Assembly (NCBI RefSeq): GCF_001194135.2
Contig: NC_068991.1
Location: 22,422,816-22,464,572, forward strand
DNA length: 41,757 nucleotides
Direction: 5' to 3'
Origin: Octopus bimaculoides
Taxonomy: Eukaryota
Shown here: positions 35,211 to 41,757 of the stretch, in pieces
Numbering within the stretch: the stretch's first letter is position 1
Layout of the letters: each line of letters opens with the position of its first letter
Program-made: the position numbers and the translations under genes
Notes under the pieces: model-generated
The model's database searches: none
The model's input: the letters and a program-made list of their open reading frames with translations, nothing else
Told to the model about the DNA's origin: nothing

Positions 35211-36457
35211 AAAGGTTTTCATTTTTCTTATTGCATAATTGTGGGAGAAAAGACAGCACCTATGACTCTATTCAAGGTCTCTGGAACTGGTAAGAGGACG
35301 AAAGGAAGCTATTATTTGGAATTTACCAACAATTATTTGACAAAAATTACAAATAAATAAAATGTTTTTATCAAAAGGCCCTAAAGTAAAAGGATGTAAA
35401 AGAAATTATAATGATACAATAAAAAAGAATCAGAAACATCATTGATGCATTTTAGATTTTCAAATTTGTATACTAAGTTGAAACTAAATGATTAACACCT
35501 AAAACAACCTTTTAAAAAAAATGACTTATTAAAAATAAAACCAACTCTAATTGTGTTTATATATAATCCTTTGCCTGTACAAATCATTTTCATAAGTTTG
35601 TCCTAAACATCCATGCTTGTTTTGAGATCTTTTCATTGGCCTTTCCTTTCTTAAGTCCTAAGTTACTCTGGTGGTTGAAAAAATTGGGAATGTGCATCAT
35701 ACATATATGCTGCATGGACATCAAGGAAATTGTGTCCTGTGTGTATCATGATATACATGACGACAGGCAAAGGGTTAACACATTTGAGGCCATGTTTCTG
35801 TTAAAATTTACTGTTTTTGCTTAAATTAATTTTGAAAATAAGGAAGAATTTAGTAAAATATGTTTTTCTGCTGATGTTTGGCACATAAATTAGCATGAAA
35901 GTTTGATGAAAGCTTTTAGATTAGATCGGAGGCAGTTTCAGACAGGTTGGCATTAAAAAGATTAAAGTATTGTTTGAATATAAATTTAAAGTGAATATAA
36001 CATGAAGAATTACATTAAATGAAATAAAAATTATATTACCAAACAACCAAAAAGTTTATCCCTTTGAAATTTAGTCAAGAAACATTGCATCTATAGAACA
36101 GGGTTAAGTTGGAAATCTATACCCTAAATTTACCAGTGTCTCATTCTTCAAAACAGAATTGCTTCTACTAGAACCTTCTTCATAAACACCCTTAAATCTG
36201 ACTTGATTATTTTCAGTGTGATATCTATGAAATTGAAAATTTTAGCAGATTATTACAATTAACCCTTTTGTTACCATATTTCTGTTAAAATACAATGCAT
36301 TTTTTTTTTTCGTTTTTGGATTTGGTTTGCAAGATTTTTTTATGTGATTTCGTGTGTTGAAGCATATTCTGTTGTGTCTGGGGAGAGTCATTTTCTTATC
36401 GTGCCTTAAAATTTAACACACTCACTGTTAAAATTTCCACTTATTATTTTTATTTTC

Positions 36458-36494
36458 CTAAAATTTTCGTTGCGTCTTGCAACCTTTTCAATAG
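36458..36494 (-). ncRNA. Minimal hammerhead motif, U3-A8 core (left-arm copy)
   Basis: Exact reverse complement of 36506-36542. Confidence 0.65.
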
Positions 36495-36505
36495 TTTTGA
36501 CTAGA

Positions 36506-36542
36506 CTATTGAAAAGGTTGCAAGACGCAACGAAAATTTTAG
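36506..36542 (+). ncRNA. Minimal hammerhead motif, U3-A8 core (right-arm copy)
   Basis: CTA-TTGAAAA-G-GTTGC aagac GCAAC-GAAA-ATT-T-TAG: stem I CTA/TAG, perfect 5-bp stem II, palindromic AAAATTTT stem III, UU cleavage site. Confidence 0.65.
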
Positions 36543-36704
36543 GAAAATAAAAATAAGTGGAAATTTTAACAGTGAGTGTGTTAAATTTTAAGGCACGATA
36601 AAAAAATGACTCTCCCCAGACACAACAGAATACACTGCATTTGTTTCAGTTGATTTTGAAAATAATGAATTTAATAAAATAAGTTTATCATTATTAATCT
36701 GGTG

Positions 36705-36890
36705 TAAGGTAGAGCTGGCTGGATCATTATCATTTTGTCCATCTTTACGTTCTGAGTTCAAATTCTGCCAAGGTCAACTTTGCTTTTCACCCTTTTGGAG
36801 TTGATAAAATAAGTACCAGTTGAGCGTTGGGCTTGATGTAATTGACTTGCCCCTTCCTCAAGAATTACTGGCTTTGTGTCAAAATTTTAG
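36705..36890 (+). mobile_element. tRNA-derived SINE (family 2)
   Basis: tttacgttctgagttcaaattctgccaaggtcaactttgcttttcacccttttggagttgataaaataagtaccagtt. Confidence 0.85.
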
Positions 36891-38654
36891 ATCATTATTA
36901 ATCTGGTGTTAATCAAAATCTCTATAAAACAGGGAACTTGCATCATAGAGCCAAAGGCAGTTTCTGGCAATTTGGTATCAAAAGGATTAACCAGTAAGTG
37001 CATTTTTATGAACTCCGCTTCAGTCAATTCCTCCTGGCTCCATGACTTCAACACTATAGCCCTGGATGGCAGGCGCTCCATCCATGACCATCTTGTCTTT
37101 TTCTGAGGTAAAGTGTGCCCAGGACCACATTGTCCAATGTGTTCATCTCTAAGATAGTAGGGTATGATTTGAGTGAGATTTGGAAGCTAATTCTAACGTA
37201 CCACATGACTATGTAGAGTCTCCCTAATTTTATTTAGGTAAACAATTTATGTGTTGATCCTAATATAGTTATATCATGAGTACAATTTATGTATTTTTTC
37301 TAGATCTGATGATCCTTATATATTCTGTTTTTACAGATTATTTATAATTATGAGTTTTAAGTTAGTCATGATATAATAGTTAAATCACAGCTTAGCATTA
37401 CATTGTGACTTGTGTGTTCTAGGTGTGCTGTTTACTTACGTAGTTTAGTTAGGGATTAATAATTAATAGATTCTGATAAGTGTTCCCAGATGTGATGATA
37501 TATTTAAGTCAGGGATTAGTATTATATTACAACGTATGTTTCAAGATATGTAACTATTGATATAGTTGTCATGTTGGAACATTATAGATTAATAGTTAAT
37601 TAGAACTAATCACATCTTGAACATGAATTTCATTAATTACTAATCTTTATGGTTTCCAGGTGATTTAATTATAATATCAATACTATAACATTTTAAACAT
37701 TTATAAATAATGGCTTACACATGATGCCAAGCAATGCCAAGCTGAGCTCATGTTACAGTTTAGCTTTCTATTCATTAACTTTTTTTCCCCCCTTATGGCT
37801 TCATCAGTGACGGAAGGGATACACCCATGACCTTTTCAAGACCTCCAAGACTAGTGGGTGAGGGAAAAGAAGAAACAATGAATCTGACTAAATGTGTGCA
37901 TGTGTGTGTGTTTAAACATGTTTTGCAGCCAGTGCACAAAAGTTGTGTGAAAAAATAATGCAGTAATTAATAATTATGCTTAAAATTAATTAAATGTTTT
38001 TGAAACAGTTTATAGGAATTCAATGTTTTTTTCATGAAGTTCTTAAAGCCTAGTAGTAGTGGTTTTGATAAGTTTATCTTGTTAAAATTCCTAAAAATAT
38101 TTTTAACATACTTTCTTTAGAATAATTTTTACACAAGATTAAAGGTTTTGTTGGTAGGATTTTCATAAGGCCCTCATTAAGATATTCTATTACAGTTTTA
38201 TTAGCCATGATGGATAGGCTGTGCCAAAATTTTCTGTATACAATATCAAATTTACATTTGAGCACAACATAAAAGTTTTTCCATAAATTTACTACTAGAA
38301 ATTAGAAGGGTCATTACTTATGGGTTACTAAACATTACTTTCAGCTTTATAATATTCCTGCTGGAAGCCATTGTTGATGGATGGGCCTGCCAGCTAATAA
38401 AGCAGCTCCCCAGATATATCACAGAGAATTAGAACATGAATTTCATTAACTACTGAATTGGATCATAGGTATGTTGTATGAGGGACAGAATTCATTTCTC
38501 AAACTCGATTGTAGTATCATATGAATTTGCTTTAATGCAACAGGAAGATTATGACCATTATAACATCTCATTTATTCCTCACTCTAAAATACATTGGTTT
38601 CATGTCAGTAAAACTGCATCCAAATCAGGCCGAAAGAGGAGAAGGGCAGTTGAT

Positions 38655-38882
38655 CTGTGGTTCTAAAATGGTGTCCACATAAGATTAGTTATATAAGCTA
38701 GTTATATGTCTACAAGACACAAAATAGCTTTAATAGTTTTTCATACAATTCTTAATAATATTTAACTTTAAAAATATAATAGGATTTTTTAAACATAGAA
38801 TGGCTCCATCTGAGTAAAATAGGAATCAAAGGGGTGGGGTTAGTTAGTTGGTTAGGGGACAAAAAATGGTTGAGAACCACTG
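38655..38882. mobile_element. Second, more degenerate copy of the hAT-type MITE
   Basis: Left end ctgtggttcta and right end aaaaaatggttgagaaccactg. The internal catctgagtaaaataggaat block is shared with 34729-34967. Confidence 0.7.
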
Positions 38883-38945
38883 ATCTAAGCAAAGCTAGCA
38901 TTTATAGAACCAGAATGGCTGAATTAATACAATTGTAACAGAGTG

Positions 38946-38982
<37 letters not shown>

Positions 38983-39984
38983 GTGCATCAGCATTGACGC
39001 AGCTCTAAGCTGAAACTATAAAAGATAAAATATATATATATATATATCAAGTTTAGTTTCACTACAATTGTTGGTGTATTTGTGCAGTACACCTAGTTTT
39101 GTGCACCTCTATACATTTACATTGTTAAGAATCAACAACAGATCATGGAAAGAATTTTACTGATCCAGTGTTTTCAGAACTGGAGCAAAGCATTGGTCAT
39201 GAAAAGCCCATCTGTTCTTTGGAAATATATAGTATTGCCGAGTTACTGGCTTGGAAAGAGATGTGTTCTGCAAGTCTGCTTTAATTTTAACACATTACAT
39301 GCACTGGTTATTGTTTACTCTCCAAGTCCTTGATTGAGAAGACTTGTGATTAAAGATGCTCTAGCCATTATTATCTTATGTGTGTTTCCCTTTTTAAAGA
39401 CAGTAGGGGTTGTAAAGGAGATTCATTTGTTTCTGGCATATCAAGTGATCAAGTAGATACTTCCTCATTGGCTCATGGCATGGTGTGATTAGAATGAATT
39501 TGGCTGTTATTTCATCCAGGCTGAGGGACCACAGTCTCCCTTAGTGGTTAATGGTAGAGTGATCTGAAGGCATTTGGTTGCCATTGTTAGCTGGTTGAGT
39601 AAACTGCATAGAGGCTCTGTTGTTAACTATGGTGTTTCAGTGACCCAGTTAGTTGAATGATAGCTATTAATATTGTTTAGTTACTTGATAGCCTAGAAAT
39701 ATGAATCTAATAGTGTACAGGTTTGATCCACAATGAACTGGCTTCAGAAAAATGCATTTTGAGAAGTAGCAGTTACTTAGTTTAATCCTTTAGTATACAG
39801 GTTACTCTGTCAAATGCAATGCTTATTTATTCAGGGTTTTGATTTAGTCATGTATTAACCCACAACTTTGAGCTTGAAGATGTGATTGCTTATTTTGAGA
39901 ATGATATTGTAGGGTAAGTGGAAGAGGTTGGATCTAGCTGGTTTGAATCCAAAACAGAATATTTGACCCAGATAACTTTTATCT

Positions 39985-40340
39985 TTTACTTGTTTCAGTC
40001 ATTTAACTGCAACCATGCTGCAGCACTGCTTTGAAGGGTTATAGTTGAACAAATCGATCCCAGGACTTATTCTTTTGAGCCTAGTACTTATTCTATCAGT
40101 CTCTTTTGCTGAACTGCTAAGTTATGGTTGCCAAACAGTGGGGAGGATGACACACACACACACATATTTAGATATACACACACACACGTGCAATGAGATT
40201 ATTTCAGTTTCTGTCTACCAAATCCTCTCACAAGGCTTTAGTAGAAGGATATAGTGGAAGACACTTGCCAAGGTACCATACAGTGGACACAGAACCTGAA
40301 ACTGTGGTTGGGAAGGGAGATTCTTACCACACAGCCATGT
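39985..40340 (-). mobile_element. tRNA-derived SINE (family 1)
   Basis: Same blocks as the 25975 and 40965 copies, with the head end ...cttaccacacagcca. Confidence 0.85.
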
Positions 40341-40731
40341 CTGTTTAAATGCTAAAAGTTAAGTCAATCCTATAGTGAGGCAAACATGATTAAATGGGTT
40401 AACCATCCTTTTTTTTTTTTTTGCAGGCATAGTATATCCAGGTTTAAATTATTCAAATGTCTTCCATTTTAAACTGTAAAGTGTTTATGGTTAAAAGGAA
40501 ATTTAAGTGAAATTTCTTGCAGTTCAAGCAACAACAAAGAGGCACCTTTGTTGGGTTGTAATAGAAAANNNNNNNNNNAAGGAAATTTAAGTGAAATTTC
40601 TTGCAGTTCAAGCAACAACAAAGAGGCACCTTTGTTGGGTTGTAATAGAAAATGTAGAAGTAGGTGAAAGAAAATTTGGAATTGAATAGAAGAGAGTTAA
40701 TAAGAATTAAGTCAAAAGACTCAGACAGGGG

Positions 40732-40938
40732 TTAACTCACCCTTTTGATACTGGTCTGACTATTGCCACTCCTGGTTTAATGATACAAATTTTGTTTTAA
40801 AGCTATCTAAATAAAAGCCTTCCGTTAAAATTTCATGTTAATTTATGTTCCAAGCACCAAAGTAAAATGGCAGTTATTTTACTAAATTCATCATTATTTT
40901 CAGAATTAATTGAAGCAATGGTGGTAACAAAAGATTAA
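40732..40938. mobile_element. piggyBac-like MITE, degenerate
   Basis: ttaa..cccttttgatac ... ggtaacaaaagattaa, with the shared internal block agttattttactaaattc. Confidence 0.65.
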
Positions 40939-40964
40939 ACTATGTATATCTCCTTTCTTTTCCT

Positions 40965-41355
40965 TGCTTCAGTCATTGGACTGCAGCCTTGCTAGAGTAC
41001 CACTTTGAAGTGTTTAGCTGAACAAATCAACCCCAGTGCTTAGTTTTTTAAAGTTTGGAATTTATTCTATTGTTCTCTTCTGCCAAACTGTTCAGTAAGA
41101 GGATGTAAGCAAACCAATGTCATTTGTCGAGCTGGGTAAATACGCACGCACACGCACACGCACACCCTTTTTAAATGACTCTCTCATTCTCACTCTCATG
41201 ATGGGCTTCCACACAAATTTCCTCTTCAAAATTCGCTCACATGGTGTCAGTTAGCCTGTGCCTACAGTAGGAGACACTTTCCTAAGGTGTTGCATAGTGG
41301 AACTGAACCTGAAATCACATGGTTGCGAAGCAAACTTCTTAACTACACCACCATG
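40965..41355 (-). mobile_element. tRNA-derived SINE (family 1)
   Basis: Same family blocks as the other family 1 copies. Confidence 0.8.
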
Positions 41356-41437
41356 CCTATGTTTATGCTGTGTAGTATCTATTCACAATGATAATATATA
41401 TATTACAATGATATATATATATATATATATATATATC

Positions 41438-41502
41438 GCAGGAGTGACTGTGTGGTAAGTAGCTTGCTTACTAACTACATGGTTCTGGGTTCAGTTCCAC
41501 TG
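41438..41502 (+). mobile_element. SINE tRNA-like head only
   Basis: gcaggagtgactgtgtggtaagtagcttgc...gggttcagttccactg, with A-box and B-box. Confidence 0.75.
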
Positions 41503-41529
41503 ATTTATAAGTATATATTATATATATAT

Positions 41530-41757
41530 CATCATCATCATCATCATCGTTTAACGTCCGCTTTCCATGCTAGCATGGGTTGGACGATTTGACTGAGGAC
41601 TGGTGAAACCGGATGGCAACACCAGGCTCCAGTCTGATTTGGCAGAGTTTCTACAGCTGGATGCCCTTCCTAACGCCAACCACTCAGAGAGTGTAGTGGG
41701 TGCTTTTACGTGTCACCCGCACGAAAACGGCCACGCTCGAAATGGTGTCTTTTATGT
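41530..41757 (-). mobile_element. SINE 3' part with RTE-like (ATG)n tail; continues beyond the window
   Basis: (CAT)n followed by the reverse complement of the 6385-6560 copy. Confidence 0.88.

Larger units (their letters stand above)
36365..36632. mobile_element. Near-perfect head-to-head inverted repeat (arms 36365-36495 and 36505-36632, 9-nt centre); the left copy continues to a T-run at about 36300
   Basis: Reverse-complement arms of about 131/128 bp. The flanking 14-nt direct repeat is AATACA[A/C]TGCATTT at 36289-36302 and 36629-36642. Confidence 0.93.
36259..36700. mobile_element. piggyBac-like MITE (left end TTAA-CCCTTTTGTTACC) interrupted at 36303-36628 by a hairpin retro-insertion
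   Basis: The MITE sequence ...ctgttaaaatacaatgc resumes as aatacactgcatttgtttcagttgattttgaaaataatgaattta after the insert. Confidence 0.7.
18766..41757 (+). other. PACS intron 1 (more than 23 kb; exon 2 not found in the window)
   Basis: Donor GTAAGT at 18766. I found no segment encoding the expected LCSLTL...AVKMQ-like exon 2 by eye. Confidence 0.7.

Noticed and set aside
40495-40652. Exact 74-bp direct duplication either side of a 10-N gap
   Set aside because: This is the typical signature of unmerged overlapping contig ends, so it is treated as an assembly artefact.

Overview
AT-rich, microsatellite- and transposon-dense animal genomic DNA with several N gaps. The SINE and MITE families look octopod-like, which is an inference from remembered repeat families and not a database result. 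The only host coding sequence I can support is the first coding exon of a PACS1/PACS2 orthologue (18647-18765, + strand). It has a CCAAT/GC-box/NRF1-type promoter and is followed by an intron of more than 23 kb that runs past the window end. The rest is a transposon landscape: three mariner relics, a maT/DD37D Tc1-like relic, a Ty3/gypsy gag-protease fragment with PBS, an RTE-type LINE, a Penelope-like RT/GIY-YIG fragment, a hAT-like fragment, a Helentron/DINE-like element, piggyBac- and hAT-type MITEs and many tRNA-derived SINEs. The most interesting signal is a set of hammerhead-ribozyme-shaped motifs. Three long head-to-head inverted repeats (about 1.3-1.8 kb, 33.3-34.0 kb and 36.4-36.6 kb) carry one motif in each arm, and two of the three use a non-canonical U3-A8 core. 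Further solo motifs lie at 3.3 kb and 18.1 kb, and a fourth long hairpin without a visible core lies at 17.2-17.5 kb. The PACS exon also has CGG (Arg) where the family normally has Trp. All folds were derived by eye and none has been computed or tested.
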